This document shows positions 1-13,245 of a DNA stretch of 64,000 bases, in pieces. The stretch comes from Hypanus sabinus. Its lineage: Eukaryota. The notes beneath the pieces were generated by a model. It searched no databases. It had not been told where the DNA came from and saw only the letters and a program-made list of their open reading frames with translations. The stretch covers positions 13,330,001 through 13,394,000 of the forward strand of contig NC_082712.1 in the NCBI RefSeq assembly GCF_030144855.1, read 5' to 3'. Position numbers and translations under genes: made by a program. Numbering within the stretch: position 1 is the first letter of the stretch; each line of letters opens with the position of its first letter.

Positions 1-238
1 GTTGTATGAACGTATGTGTCCTTTTTGTCCAGGTGGATTAGGGCCAGGTGGAGGGTGATGGCAATGATGTCGTCTGTCGAGCGGTTGGGACGGTCCACAA
101 ACTGCAGGGGGTTCAGTGAGGGGGGCAGCAGGATTTTGATACGCCTCATGACAAGCCTCTCAAAACACTTCATGATAATGGACATGAGTGCAACAGGACA
201 GTAGCCCTTTAGGCAGGACACTGAACACTTCTTTGGCA
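1..238 (-). mobile_element. Rex1/Babar-type non-LTR retrotransposon RT fragment
   Basis: The minus strand reads [34 protein letters not shown]...[13 protein letters not shown], the Rex1 RT pre-motif (RPVALT...[20 protein letters not shown]). Confidence 0.8.
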
Positions 239-619
239 AATATTCAGCAATATGCACCTATTGGGCTGGAATGGGCTGCATAGATAGGCAACAGGTTGTC
301 ATGCACGTTGTGGGCCCACAGGATAATTTCTTCACTGAACAGAATGCCTACAATTCTTAAGAGAAGTTTGGATACGTACATAGATGAAAGGGGTATGGAG
401 GACAATGGACCATGTGTGGATCGATGGGCCAAGCCCAAATAGTTTGGTGTGTACTCGATGGATCAAAGGGTCAGTTTTTGTGCTGACACTTTCAGACTCT
501 ACAACTGTAGTGATAAGTTAATCTATTTCCATTGTTTCGCTTGGAAGCACCTACTTAAACACTGGGAACATCTTACCAAAACCATCCATAACAGTTACTA
601 TGTTTGTCTTTTTAATGTT

Positions 620-1200
620 TCTCTTATCAACCACCTTCGTTCCATCCAAAAATCCCCATTCCCATTCGGACACGTTGGTCCATGGTCCCACCTGCTGCCA
701 CAATGAGGCCACTCTCAATTTGAGGAGCAGCACACCATATTCAGTTTGGATGGCTTTCAAGCTGAAAGCAATAACATCGATATTTCCAACTTCTGCTAAT
801 CCCCCTCCCCATCCCTCTTCTTCAATTCCCCACACTGCCCCCTTAGCTCTTTTCATCCCATCCCCTGCCTATAAACTGCCCCGGAGCCCTCCTAATGACC
901 TTCCCCATTTCCCATCTTCCATTATAATTTCCTATAAGATCCTTTCTTCTCCAGCCCCTTGGTTTTTCTACTTATCATCTCCCTACTTCTTACATCAACC
1001 CCCCTCCCCAACCCACTGGCTTCAATTATTTCCTTCTAATTTGTACTCATTTTACTCCCTGTATTGTTTATTCAGGCTTCTCTCCATCCTTTGCAGTCCT
1101 GATGAAGGGATTTGGCCTGAAATGTCGAATGTTTATTCCTGTAGATGATGGCTGACCTGCTGAGTTCCTCCAGAATTTTGTGTGTGTTATATTGAATTGT
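620..1200 (+). mobile_element. Penelope-like element 3' end (GIY-YIG C-terminus, pyrimidine-rich 3' region, hammerhead-bearing terminal repeat)
   Basis: A frameshifted HSHSD..VHG..CHNEATL / EEQH.IF motif is followed by CAGTC-CTGATGA-AGGG...GAAATGTCG at 1094-1131. Confidence 0.75.
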
Positions 1201-2639
1201 TCAGCTCTATCTACAGACGGTACTTGAAATCAAGAACTGTTTGGTATTGCTTATTACTCCAAGGGAGACCATCCAGCCATTGGACTATGCTGGCTCCCAG
1301 CAGAGTGGTCCCAGTTGTTCCATTCCCTCTTTATTTTCTTGTACCCCAATTGTCTCTCATAAATGCCCATTAACTGCCTCCAAAACGCACTCAGGATAAT
1401 TTATTAACCAATCATCCCATGCATCCTTTGTGCATCGGAAAGGAAACAGAACACGCATGGGATACCCACAGCCACAGGGACAACATGCAAACAGCAGTGC
1501 CAGCGACTACCCACCACTGTCTGTAATAAGTCTGTATGCTCATCCCAAGACTGCATGGATTCCTTCTGGGTGGACCAGTTACCTCCCACATTCCAAAGAT
1601 GTATGGGTTGAGAGGGCAATTAGTCACTTTTGTGTATGTAAGCGCCACAGGTTTGTTACTGTGCTGTATCTTTATATAATAACATGAATAAAGTTTCCTC
1701 TATTAGTAAGACAGTTGTCTTCTATGTAAATTATAGAGCATGGTTTCTCAACCTGGGGTCCATGGACCCCTTGCTTAATGTTAACGGCCCATGGCATAAA
1801 TTCCAACCCAGCACGAGAGTCATTAGTTTCTTTCAGGCATGTTCATGAGCCTGGGATTAACCAAAGATAAGTGTAGGTGTTTGAAGCAGCAGAGTACCTG
1901 TGATTGAAGGCCCTTCGTCTGATCTATGGGATTGAGAGACATGTGGCTGTAGTGTGAAATGTTAATGAGTTTGCTCAAATTCAATTGTCATTCACCGGTG
2001 CACTTGAAAACAATCAAATGAAACAGTGTTCCTCTGGGTCCAAGGTGCAAAGCGCACCTGTTGACAGTCTTGCCTGACAGTGTATTGTCTCCTTGCAATG
2101 TCCCTACCAAGATGTAAAACCCCACATTTATCTGAGTTAAACTCCATCTGCGATTTCTTTGTCCAGACCTACTACTGATATATATCGTATTGTATTCTTT
2201 GCCAGTCTGCTACACAATCCACAATCCACTAATCTTAGTGTCATCTACAAACTTAATAACCCACCAATCTGCATTTGTATCCAGGTCATTTACGTACATC
2301 ACAAACAGCAGAGGTCCCAGCACAAAACCCTATGAAACATCCCTAATTACAGACCTCCAGCTCAATTAATCCCCTTCAAACACTCATGTGGCAGCAGCCC
2401 AATGCAGAGATGTTTGAAAGGTTCAATTGTTGCTCAGAACAAATTCAGAATGGGGAAGACGTGATCTAAATGCCTTTGACTGTGAAATGTTTGATTATCT
2501 GGCACTTTCATGTCTGTGGTACATCTTCCCCTATATGGAAGTGTGTATGATCGGGTATTGTCATGTTCTTGTCTGTGTGTTACATTACTTAATTTGCAGT
2601 GAGTTTGTAAAGGCTTTTGTAGTTAAGACCATAACACAC

Positions 2640-3110
2640 AAGAGAATAATTCGGCCATTCGACCCATCGACTATCCCCTGCTATGCCATCATGATTATTT
2701 TATTATCCCAATGTATCCCTCTCTTCTGCCTTCTTCCCCTAACCTTTGACGCCCTGATACCAATAACCTATCTTCCTCAACTTTAAATGTACTCAATGAT
2801 TTAGCATACACAGCCGTTAGTGCCAATGAATTCCACAATTCATTGCCACCTGCCAAACCATATTCCTCCTCAGCTCTGTTCTAAATGGAAATCACTCAAT
2901 TCTGATTCATGCCCTCTGGTCCTAGACTCATCCACATTAAAAACATCCTCCCCACTTCAACTCTATCTCAGGCTTTCAATATTCAACAGGATTCAGTGAG
3001 ATGTCCCCTCATTCTTCTAAGCTGCAGCGAGGACAGGCCCAGAGCTGTCAAACGATTCTCATGTGTTAACCATTTCACTCCTGGAATCTTTCTTCTCACC
3101 CTCCTCTGCC
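2640..3110 (-). mobile_element. CR1 LINE 3' fragment
   Basis: It is the reverse complement of the CR1 ORF2 end (LGLSSLQLRRMRGHLTE, similar to LGLFSLE.RR.RGDL.E) plus 3' UTR. Confidence 0.6.
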
Positions 3111-3814
3111 CCCCCCCACCCCCAATGCCAGCACATCTTTCATCAGAGAAGGAGAACAAACTGTTCCCAAACTGCTCCATTGCTACAAATAGCACAAGCA
3201 CTACCTTAAGCTTTGTGTATGTGTGTTGGTTGGGGAGGGTGTGCACTTTAAAGGGCAGGGCAGGTTTGTTTTACACAGGATATGGTGAGTGCATTGAGGC
3301 ACACTTTGCAGTTGTTCCCTTAAGTTCTTAGAATAATTTTCCCCTCTGTTCGACCTCTTCTTCTTTTGAGTGGTCAGCATTGTGGTTCTTGTGAGTCGTA
3401 AGAACAGTTTGACAGTTCCTCAATATCCTACAGCAACTGAAAAAAGGTCAGTATTTCAGGGTCAGGAAGTAAAGTGCAGTGAGTGAGAAGTCCAAAGCAC
3501 TGAGGAGTGGGTGAAGGACTCTAGGGTTGTCTTTGCAGTTTCCTGTAGTTAGTGTCAGGGTGGGGTACCAATAGCAGATTCATCCTTCACTTTAGTTGTT
3601 CATACTCAATGTGATGTCCAAGACCTCTGGCCACAGCCATGGGACACACATGGTACCACACCGAAGACACTTTAAATTTCCCTATCTCCAAGTGAAGTGA
3701 ACATTACAGAATTGTCTCCAGCATCGAATGCAGAGGCGGCCGACTCCCAAAATATTTTCAAGTAGCAACAATTTTATGATGCCAAATCATAAATAAAGGG
3801 AGTCTGGAAATCTA

Positions 3815-3950
3815 GAGCAACACATACAAATTCTGGTGGATCCCAGCAAGTCTCGCAGCATCAATGGAAAGAAATAAGCAGTTGAGTCATGATGAAATAT
3901 CTTGGCCCAAAACGTCGACTTCCTTTCATAGATGCTGCCTGACTTGCTGA
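3815..3950. repeat. Inverted pair of Penelope terminal-repeat fragments
   Basis: A minus-oriented caacacatacaaattctggtgga...cagca piece is joined to a plus-oriented gtcatgatgaa...cccaaaacgtcgact...gatgctgcctgacttgctga piece. Confidence 0.55.
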
Positions 3951-4244
3951 TTCAATGGTTTAATGGTTGAATTTAATATCAGAGAATGTATTCCACATAT
4001 AATAGAGGGCTATGGGTAACCCGAGTAATTTCTACATTAGCAACATGGTCAGGACAACTTTGTGGGCTGAAGAGCCTGTATTGTGCTGCAAGTTTTCTAT
4101 GTTTCTATCCAACCTGAAATTCTTACTCTTTGCAGACGTCCATGACGCAGAAAGAAAGCCTCCAAAGAATGAAAATCCCAGAGTCCCAAAGACCCCCACT
4201 GCCCACTCACTCAGAGGCAACAACAAAAGCATCATCCAACCAGT

Positions 4245-6930
4245 GTGCTAAGCACACACCCCTGAGGTGCACCAGTAGTGAATGTGAGCGAGGAGGATAT
4301 GTTGTCACCAACCCACGCTGATTGTGGTCTTCTGGTTAGAAAGTCGAGGATCTAATTGCAGAGGGAGGTACAGAGGCCCAGGTTCGGCAGCGTCTCAATC
4401 AGGAGTGTTGAAATGATGGTGTTAAATGCTGAGCTGTAGTTGATGAACAGCAAACTGACTTCGGTGTTTGTATTGTCCAAGTGGTCTAAGGCCGTATGAA
4501 GAGCCATTGAGATTGCATCTGCTGTTGACCTATTGTAGTGATAGGCAAATTGCAATGGGTCCAGTTCCTTGCTGAGGCAGGAGTTCAGTCGAGTCATGAC
4601 CAACCTCTCAATGCATTTCTTCACTGCTGATGTGAGTGCTACTGGGCAATAGTCATTAAGGCAGCTCACATTATTCTTCTTAGGCACCGGTATAATTGTT
4701 GCCTTTTTGAAGCAAGTGGGAACTTCCGCCTGTAGCAGTGAGAGTTTGAAAATGTCCTTGAATGCTCCCGACCTTCCGCCTTGCGAGGTTTCAACCTCTT
4801 TAAAGGTAGCCTAATACTGGTCTCCGAGTCAGAGGTCACAGGGTCATCCGGTGCAGCAGGGATCATCACAGCTGTCGTTGTGTTCTCCCTTTCAAAGTGG
4901 GCCTAGAAGGTGTTGAGTTCATCTGGTACTGAGGCATCGTGGCCATTCATGCTATTTGGGTTTCGCTTTGTAGGAAGTAATGTCTTGCATACCCTGCCAG
5001 AATTGCTGTGCATCCAATGTCACCTCCAACTTCATTCAAAATTGTCTCTTTGCCCTTAAAATAGCCCTCCGCGAGTCAGAACTGGTTTTGTTGGTACAGA
5101 TCTCTGTCTCCAGTCCAGAATGTCACAGATCCAGCCTTCAGCAAATGATGTACCTCCTGGTTCATCCACAGCGTTTGGTTTGCGAATGTAAAGCGAGTCT
5201 TTGCAGNNNNNNNNNNNNNNNNNNNNNNNNNNNNNNNNNNNNNNNNNNNNNNNNNNNNNNNNNNNNNNNNNNNNNNNNNNNNNNNNNNNNNNNNNNNNNN
5301 NNNNNNNNNNNNNNNNNNNNNNNNNNNNNNNNNNNNNNNNNNNNNNNNNNNNNNNNNNNNNNNNNNNNNNNNNNNNNNNNNNNNNNNNNNNNNNNNNNNN
5401 NNNNNNNNNNNNNNNNNNNNNNNNNNNNNNNNNNNNNNNNNNNNNNNNNNNNNNNNNNNNNNNNNNNNNNNNNNNNNNNNNNNNNNNNNNNNNNNNNNNN
5501 NNNNNNNNNNNNNNNNNNNNNNNNNNNNNNNNNNNNNNNNNNNNNNNNNNNNNNNNNNNNNNNNNNNNNNNNNNNNNNNNNNNNNNNNNNNNNNNNNNNN
5601 NNNNNNNNNNNNNNNNNNNNNNNNNNNNNNNNNNNNNNNNNNNNNNNNNNNNNNNNNNNNNNNNNNNNNNNNNNNNNNNNNNNNNNNNNNNNNNNNNNNN
5701 NNNNNNNNNNNNNNNNNNNNNNNNNNNNNNNNNNNNNNNNNNNNNNNNNNNNNNNNNNNNNNNNNNNNNNNNNNNNNNNNNNNNNNNNNNNNNNNNNNNN
5801 NNNNNNNNNNNNNNNNNNNNNNNNNNNNNNNNNNNNNNNNNNNNNNNNNNNNNNNNNNNNNNNNNNNNNNNNNNNNNNNNNNNNNNNNNNNNNNNNNNNN
5901 NNNNNNNNNNNNNNNNNNNNNNNNNNNNNNNNNNNNNNNNNNNNNNNNNNNNNNNNNNNNNNNNNNNNNNNNNNNNNNNNNNNNNNNNNNNNNNNNNNNN
6001 NNNNNNNNNNNNNNNNNNNNNNNNNNNNNNNNNNNNNNNNNNNNNNNNNNNNNNNNNNNNNNNNNNNNNNNNNNNNNNNNNNNNNNNNNNNNNNNNNNNN
6101 NNNNAATGGATACATACTCATCCAGATTCCAAGATGAATCCCTGAATACAGTCCAGTCCACTGATTCAAAGCAGTGCTACAAAAGCTTCTGTGCTTCCCT
6201 TGACCGTACCTTCTTGGTCCTCACTACTGGTGCAGCCGTCTTCAGCCTCTGCCTGTACTCAGGGAGTCGTAGTACAGCCAGGTGATCAGACTTCCTGAAG
6301 TGAGGGCATGGAATAACACTGTAACCATTCTTGATGGTGGTGTAACAATGGTCCAGTGTGTTGTTTCCTCTGGTATTGCAAGTGATCTGTTGATGGTTAT
6401 TGTTTAGTGTTTTTTTTAGACTGGCCTGGTTAAAATCCCCCAAAACGATGGTGAAGGTGTGCTGTTTAATGCATGTTAATCCCATGCCCAGATCATCTAA
6501 AGCCTGATTGACAATGGCCTGAGGTGGAATGTATACTGCTAACTAAATGACCCAGGAGAACTCCTGTGGTAACTAAAATGGACGACACTTAACCACTAGA
6601 TATTCCGGGTCTGGTGAGCAGAATTGGGACAGCACTGATATATTTGTGTACCAAGAGGAGTTCATCATGAGGCATACTCCTCCACCTCTGCTTTTGAGAC
6701 ACTCTACAGATCTATCCTGACAGTGTATAGTAAACCCATCAATCAGGATCGCTGCATCCAGTACGGAAAGGGTTAACCAGGATTCTGTGAAACAAAGGAC
6801 ACACACGATCCTAATGTCCCTCTGATTCAGTACCCTAACTCTGAGATCATCGATTTTATTCACCAGAGACTGCACGTTCACCAGCAAGATGGTCTGTATA
6901 GGGAGTTTCCTTTCTGCTGCCTTCCTCCTT
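4245..6930 (-). mobile_element. Rex1/Babar LINE (APE endonuclease plus RT, decayed, interrupted by assembly gap)
   Basis: ORFs 6573-6887 (NVQSLVNK...LCFTESWL), 6177-6485 (GDFNQA, TLDHCYT) and 4352-4687 ([29 protein letters not shown]). Confidence 0.85.
5207..6104. other. Assembly gap (898 N)
   Basis: Run of N characters. Confidence 1.
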
Positions 6931-6934
6931 TCTT

Positions 6935-8590
6935 AAAGAGTGTAGTGACATTTGCATTTTTCCAGTCCTCTGGCACCATGCCAGTCCAATCATTGATTTG
7001 AAAGATCCTTATAAATTCCTCCAGAATCTCGACTGTTACCACTTTCAGAACCCTAGGGTGCAGTTCATCTGGTCCAGGTGACTAATATACCCTTAGGTCT
7101 TTCAGCTTTTTGAGCAAGTTCTCCCTTGTAATAGTAACTGCACCCACTTCTTTTCCCTCACACCCTTCAACATCTGGAACACTGTGAGTGTCTTTCACAG
7201 TGAAGCCTGATGATTCATCAATCATCTCCTTAGCCCTCGTTATTATTTCTCCAGCCTCATTTTCTAGCGGTCCTAAATCTACTCTCATCTCTCTTTTAAT
7301 TTTTACATATTTGAAAAAGCTTTCACTATCCACCTTGATATTGTTTGCTTGCCTGCTTTCACATTTCATCTTTTCCCTCCTAACTATTCTTTCAGTTGAT
7401 CTTGGTAGGGTTTTAAAAGCTTCCCCATCTTCTGCCTTCCCACACATTTTTGCTTTGTTGTATGTCCTCTCTTTTGCTTTTATATTAGCTTTGACTTCCC
7501 TTGTCAGCCATGTTTGTACTATTTCTCCATTTGAGTATTTCTTCATTTTTGGAATACATCTATCCTGCTCCTTCCTCATTTTTCCAGGAACTCCCACCAT
7601 TGCGGCTCTGCTGTCATTCCTGCTAGCAAATTCTTTAACTTTACTTTGGCCCACTCCTCTCTCATACCACTGTAATTTACTTTACTCCACTGAAAGACTG
7701 CTACATCAGACTTTACTTTCTCCCTATCAAATGTCAAGTTCAACTTAATGATATTGTAATTACTGTCTCCGAGGAGTTCTTTTACCTTAAACGCCCTTAT
7801 CACCTCCAGTTCATTACAAAACATCAAGTTCAGTATAACTGATCCCCTATTAGGCTCAATGACAAACTGATCTAAAAAGCCATCTCTTAGGTGTTCAACG
7901 AATTCACTTTCTTGAGATCCATGACCAACCTGATTTTCCCAATCGACCTGCAAGTTGAAATCTCCCATGATAAACATAACATTACTGTTTTGACGTACTC
8001 TTTCTATTTCCCATTGTAATCTGTTGTCCACCTCCAAGCTCCTGTTGGGAAACTTGTATGTAAGTACCATCAGGGTCCTTTTACCCTTGCAGTTTCTTAA
8101 CTCAACCCACAAGGATTCAAATTCTTCTGATCTGATTTCACATCTTTCTACTGATTTGATGCCATTCTTTACCAGCAGAGCCACACCACCCCCTCTGCCT
8201 ACCTTCCTATCTGTCTGATACAATGTGTAGTCTTGGTCCAGATTTAATCCAGAAATCCAGATTTCTAACCTAGCTCTCTAAATTTTCTTTTCAGGACCTC
8301 CTCTTCACATTTTGTTCCTATGCCATTGGTACCAATATGTACCAAGACATCTGGCTGCTCTCCCTCCCCCTCCAAAATGTTGCGGACGCAATCTAAGATG
8401 TCCCTGACCCTGGCACCTGGGAGACAACGTACAATTCAGGCATCCCGTTCACATCCACAGAATGTTCTACCTGTTCACCTGACCAATGAGTCCCCTATCA
8501 CTACTGCTGTCCTCTTCTTCCTCTTTCCTGTGCAACCCGTCTCTTTTGAACAGGTCATACCTCCCCCAGAAGAGATCCCAATGATCCAAG
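6935..8590 (-). mobile_element. CR1 LINE, internally deleted (ORF1 fragment, endonuclease, ORF2 middle)
   Basis: ORF 7576-8223 (GRGGGVALLVK, LWVELRN, IMGDFN) and ORF 7082-7654 (FFKYVKIKR, KLKDLR); ORF1 esterase piece (VVIGDSLVR) near 8500. Confidence 0.85.
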
Positions 8591-8594
8591 AACA

Positions 8595-9290
8595 TGAAAC
8601 ATCAAAGGGAGGCAATGGGCAGGCAAGGAGATGAGGTGAGGCAAGGAAAAGGGGATGGGTAATAGTGAAGGAGGGGGTAGGTGGGAGCCACTGCACAATG
8701 TTCATGCTATCAGGTCGGGGACTATACAACCAGAATATAAGGTGTTGTTCCTCCAATCTAGGTGTGGTCTCATTGCAATAGTGGAGGAGGTCATGGATGG
8801 ACACAGTGGAATTAAAGTAAGTGGTCACTGTGAGATCCTGCTTTTTCTGGTAGATGGAGCATAGGTGCTCGGCAAAGCGGACTCCCAGTCTACATCAGGT
8901 TATATAGGGGGCCACATCAGGAGCAGCAAACACCGTATATGACCCCAACAGACTCACAGTTGCCTCACCTGGAAGGGCTGTTTCGGGCCCTGAATGGTAG
9001 TGAGGGAGGAAGTGTAGGGACAGGTGTAACACTGCTTCTGCTTGTAAGGATAAGTGTCAGGAGGGAGATCGTGGGGATGGATGAATTGACAATGGAGTCA
9101 TGCAGGGATTGATCCCTTTGGATAGTGGGGGGGATGGGGAGAGGGAAAAGTATGTTTGGTTGTGGGATCCTGTTGGAGGTGGCAGAAGTTCCAGAGAATT
9201 ATATGCTGGATGCAGAGGCTGGTGGGGTGGTAGGTGAGGACAAGAGGAACCCTATCCCTGATAAGGTGGCTGCAGGATAGAGTAAGAGCC
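8595..9290 (-). mobile_element. Penelope-like element fragment (RT C-terminus / GIY-YIG)
   Basis: DRVPLVLTYHP (9098-9301) and LLHYCNETTPRLEEQHLIFWL...PDSMNI (8475-8828). Confidence 0.8.
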
Positions 9291-9399
9291 CAAAATGTCA
9301 ACTGGACTGTTTTTCATTGAAGCTGCCTGTCCTGCTGAGTTCCTCCACCATTTTGAGAGCATTTCTTGGATTTCTAGCATCTGCAGATTTTCTCTTGTT

Positions 9400-10190
9400 C
9401 GAGAGTTATAGGGAAGTAGCCACCCCTCGATTGCAGGAAGTGAGTAGTTGGGTGACTGTCAGGAGAAATGGAAATGTGAATAGGCAGTTGGTGCAGAGCA
9501 CCCCTGTGGCCATTCCCCTCAATAGTAAGTACACTGTTTTGGATTCTGTCATGGCACAGGACTTCCCAGGGAATGCCACAGAGACCGGGTTACTGGCACT
9601 GAGCATAGGTCTGTGGTGCAGAAGGGAAAGAGGGCAGCGGTAGTGATAGGGGACTCATTAGTCAGGAGAACAGGTAGAACATTCTGTGGATGTGAACGGG
9701 ATGCCTGAATGGTACGTTGTCTCCCAGGTGCCAGGGTCAGGGACATCTTAGATTGCGTCCGCAACATTTTGGAGGGGGAGGGAGAGCAGCCAGATGTCTT
9801 GGTACATATTGGTACCAATGGCATAGGAACAAAATGCAAAGTTGTCCTGAAAAGGGAATTTAGAGAGCGAGGTAGAAGCTGAGAAGCAGGACATCCCGGG
9901 TAATAATTTCTGGATTGCTTCCTGTGCCATGCACCAGTGAGGGTAGAAACATGATGTTTTGGCAAATTAATGTGTGGCTGAGAAGCGGGTGCAGGGGGCA
10001 GGACGAGGTTCTGAGGTCATTGGGATCTCCTCTGGGGGAGGCAGGACCTCCATAAAATTGATGAGTTCACCTGAACTCGAACGGGACCAATATTCTCATG
10101 GGCAGGTTCGTTAGAGCCGTTGGGGAGGGTTTAAACTAACTTGATAGGGGAGTGGGAACTGGATTAAAGGGACCCAGGAAAGGATGGATG
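9400..10190 (+). mobile_element. CR1 ORF1 (SGNH esterase-like) fragment
   Basis: SWVTVRR, VAIPLNSKY, gtagtgataggggactcattagtcagg (VVIGDSLVR) and VHIGTN motifs. Confidence 0.8.
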
Positions 10191-10254
10191 GTAAAAAAGG
10201 AAAGATGGGAGTGGGACAAACAGTCCATAAGGAATGTATATTTATAACTCACAG

Positions 10255-10647
10255 AAGATCGCCTGTCCTTCCCTCAACTCCCAATGAGAGTGTCTCTGTG
10301 ATGACTGGAACCGAGGGAGCTTCGGCCACGTTACCCTGTGTGTACACACGGCCTCGGCAGAGCCTCACCGCACACACGGTGATGTGGATGAGGAAGGATC
10401 CCTACCAATACATCGTCACCTTCAGGCACTGAGGAAATGGATCGTGGGCAGCAGAAAACGACTGACTCAGTACAAGCTCGTCAGGGACCCAGAGGGAGGA
10501 AACATCTTGATCAGGATAAAGCAGCTGAGTGAGGGAGACAGTCACAGCCACCTGCGTCTGGCTGAATTCGGGAAAGGGAAGCATGATTACTTATCCTACG
10601 TCAAACCCCCATTTAACCATGTGATCCAGAGTGAGATCCGACTGCAG
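10255..10647 (+). pseudogene. Pseudogenised Ig V-set exon (Siglec-15/MAG-like family)
   Basis: It reads EGASATLPCVYTRP...VMW, then TGA at 10430-10432 and a frameshift, then YKLVRDPEGGNILIRIKQLSEGDSHSHLRLAEF...EIRLQV. The F-strand Y-x-C appears as H-L-R. There is an acag acceptor at 10253-54 and CAG|GTAAGA at 10647/8. Confidence 0.7.
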
Positions 10648-11169
10648 GTAAGAGACCATAGACACGTTCTGGAGGGGATGGGGTGGGTTTTGGGGGCAGC
10701 AAGTGAACCCTGTTACCATTATCCTTTCTCTAATCAACCCTCACTCCTGGGTTTATCTGTCTGTCCCCGAGTGAGATCTGACTGTAGATCAGACCCAGAA
10801 AAGAACCCGTCGCCACATTCAAGTTCAAGTTTAATTGTCAATCAGTGACACGTGCAGCCAACAAAACACAACAGCGTTCCTCCAGGGCCTTGCCTGAGCC
10901 TGGGAGGAATGAGTGGAGTTCTAATGGAGGATCAGGAAGCTTCCCAGAGAAGTTGCACACTCAGCGTTTCAGGAAGAGCTTCTTCCTTTCTGCCGTCAGA
11001 TTTCTGAATGGACAATCAGAAAAGTGAGGACCAGCTCACTTTGTTTCCTTTCTTCCCTCTTCTTGTGATATTTATTTAATTTAAAATTATACATGGTGGC
11101 ATATATTTCTTTTGAAATTTACAGTTTTTAATTAATATGTATTGCAATGTATAACGGGGTGTCAGGGTG

Positions 11170-11485
11170 AAGATACGTCTTTACCAAAGGAGGTGTAAGA
11201 CACTCCTTCCCTCCACTAGTCTTCACTTTACCCTTGGGCGAGGTGTAGCCCCTGCTTCGCCCCTGATCAGGGTCACGTGAACCCATGGGATCAGGTGGTG
11301 GATGGTTGTATGAGCAGCTGGTGCAGATCACAAATTCTGGTTATGCGACCACTGACACCAGGCAGACAATCTCTGAAGAGTATTGACAATGGCTGGGCTC
11401 ACCCATCCTGTACAGACACTGCTCAGAAGAAGGTGATGGAAACCACTTTTGTAGAAAAATTGCCAAGAACAATCATGGTCATAAA
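11170..11485 (+). mobile_element. RTE-clade LINE 5' region / RTE-derived SINE
   Basis: agaaggtgatggaaaccactt resembles the conserved RTE 5' motif agaaggcaatggcaa(a/c)ccact, recognised from memory only. Confidence 0.4.
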
Positions 11486-11924
11486 CAGGAGAAATTCTGC
11501 CATTGCTGGAAATCCAGAGCAACACACACAAAATACTGGAGGAACTCAGCAGGTCGGGCAGCGTCTATGGGGAAAGGATCAAAGGTTCATTTTATTGTCC
11601 AAGTTTGCACGTGGAATACAACTCTGATATTCACTTTCTCCAGATAACCCTGATATCCAGAAATACCATGGGATTCATTACTAGAATAGTTATCAATACC
11701 CCCACATGAAAAGGAAATGGAAGAATCTCGCAAACCACAAACCTCACTCCCCGCCCCCCACCTCCCTCCCTCGCACAAAAGCCAACAGATCGCCCACCTG
11801 GAAGACGATCGTCAGAAGATCAAAAGCCCCAAGACCCCAACCCCCTCCCTCTCAAAAAATACAGTGCTGACAGCACCAAACCCAACACCCTCTCCCCAAA
11901 CAGATTTAATGCAACCCGACCTTT

Positions 11925-12945
11925 TTGTACAGGTCACACCTGCCCCAAAAGAGGTCCCAATGATCCTGAACTCTGAATCACTGCCCCCTGCTCCAATCCC
12001 TCAGCCACGCATTTATCCTCCACCTCACTCTATTCCTGTACTCGGTGTCACATGGCACAGGCAGTAATCCCGAGATGTGGTCCTGCTTCTCAACTTCCTT
12101 CCTAACTCTCTGTTGTCTGCTTTCAGGACCTCCTCCCTTTTCCTACCAGTGTCGTTGGTACCAATATGTACTACGACCTCTGGCTGTTCACCGTCCCACT
12201 TCAGGATATCGTGGACGTGACCAGAAACATCCTGGACCCTGGCACCATCGAGGCAAACTACCATCCGCGTTTCTTTCCTGCATCCACAGAATCGCCTATC
12301 TGACCCCCTAACTATGGAGTCCCCTATCACTGCTGCCATCCTCTTCCTTTCCCTACCCTTCTGAGCCACAGGGCCAGACTCTGTGCCAGAGACGTGACCA
12401 CGGTTGCTTCCCCCTGTAGGCTGTTCCTCCCAACAGTCCTCAAACAGGAGTACTTACTGTTAAGGGGGACAGCCACAAGGGTACTGTCTGGCATCTGACT
12501 CGTCCTTCCCTCTCCTGACTGTTACCCATTTACCTAACTCCCGAGGCCCCGGTGTAACTACCTGCCTATAGCTCCTCTCTATCACCTCCTTGTTCTCCCT
12601 GACCATGCGAAGTTCATTGAGCTGCAGATCCAGTTCCCTAACATGGTTCCTAAGAAGCTGCAGCTCGACACACCAGGTGCAGATGTGGCCGTCCAAGAGG
12701 CTGGGAGTCATCTGACACCGAGCACAGACATTCTTCCTGTCTGTATTCTACACAGATAACCTACCTGGCCTCGACCTGTTACCGCCGAAGCCCTGTTGAG
12801 CCAAAGCCTTCCTCGTCTGTTTCCCTCTACTATAGTGCCTGCTCTGTAAAGCTGTCTCCTTTTAAACTCTTCCCATGGTTCTCACTGGCTGACGTCCACG
12901 CGCTTGCGCAGTCATGCCCCGATCAAACCGCTGAAGAAATTGATT
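11925..12945 (-). mobile_element. CR1 5' end (5' UTR plus ORF1)
   Basis: ORF 12460-12711 (CTWCVELQLL, zinc-ribbon/coiled region) and ORF 12025-12369 (AVIGDSIVRG, VVVHIGTND). Confidence 0.8.
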
Positions 12946-12949
12946 TAAT

Positions 12950-13245
12950 GCTGGATTTGTTCTGATGGGAGATTGGAGGGACTGGGTGTGTTCTGAGTGG
13001 AGATCGCAGACACTATTTTTTCTGAGGAAAGATTGGTCGGACTGGGTCTGTTCTGATGGGAGATTAGAGAGTCTGGGTTTATTCTGAGGTGAGATCAGAG
13101 ATAATTTCTGTTTTTTATGGTAGATTAGAGAGATTGGATTTGTTCTGAGTGGAGATTAGAGAGACTGGCTTTGTTCTGAGGGGAGATTCAAGAGTCTGGC
13201 TTTGTTCTGATGAGTGGTTGGACAGACTGGGCTTGTCCTGAGGAA
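12950..13245 (-). repeat. Degenerate 30/31-bp minisatellite (same family as 17731-20076)
   Basis: About 9 diverged units of gactgggtttgttctgaggggagatt. Confidence 0.7.

Noticed and set aside
4980-6169. Four long ORFs of 314-385 aa
   Set aside because: They are artefacts of translating across the N gap; the flanks are Rex1 sequence.
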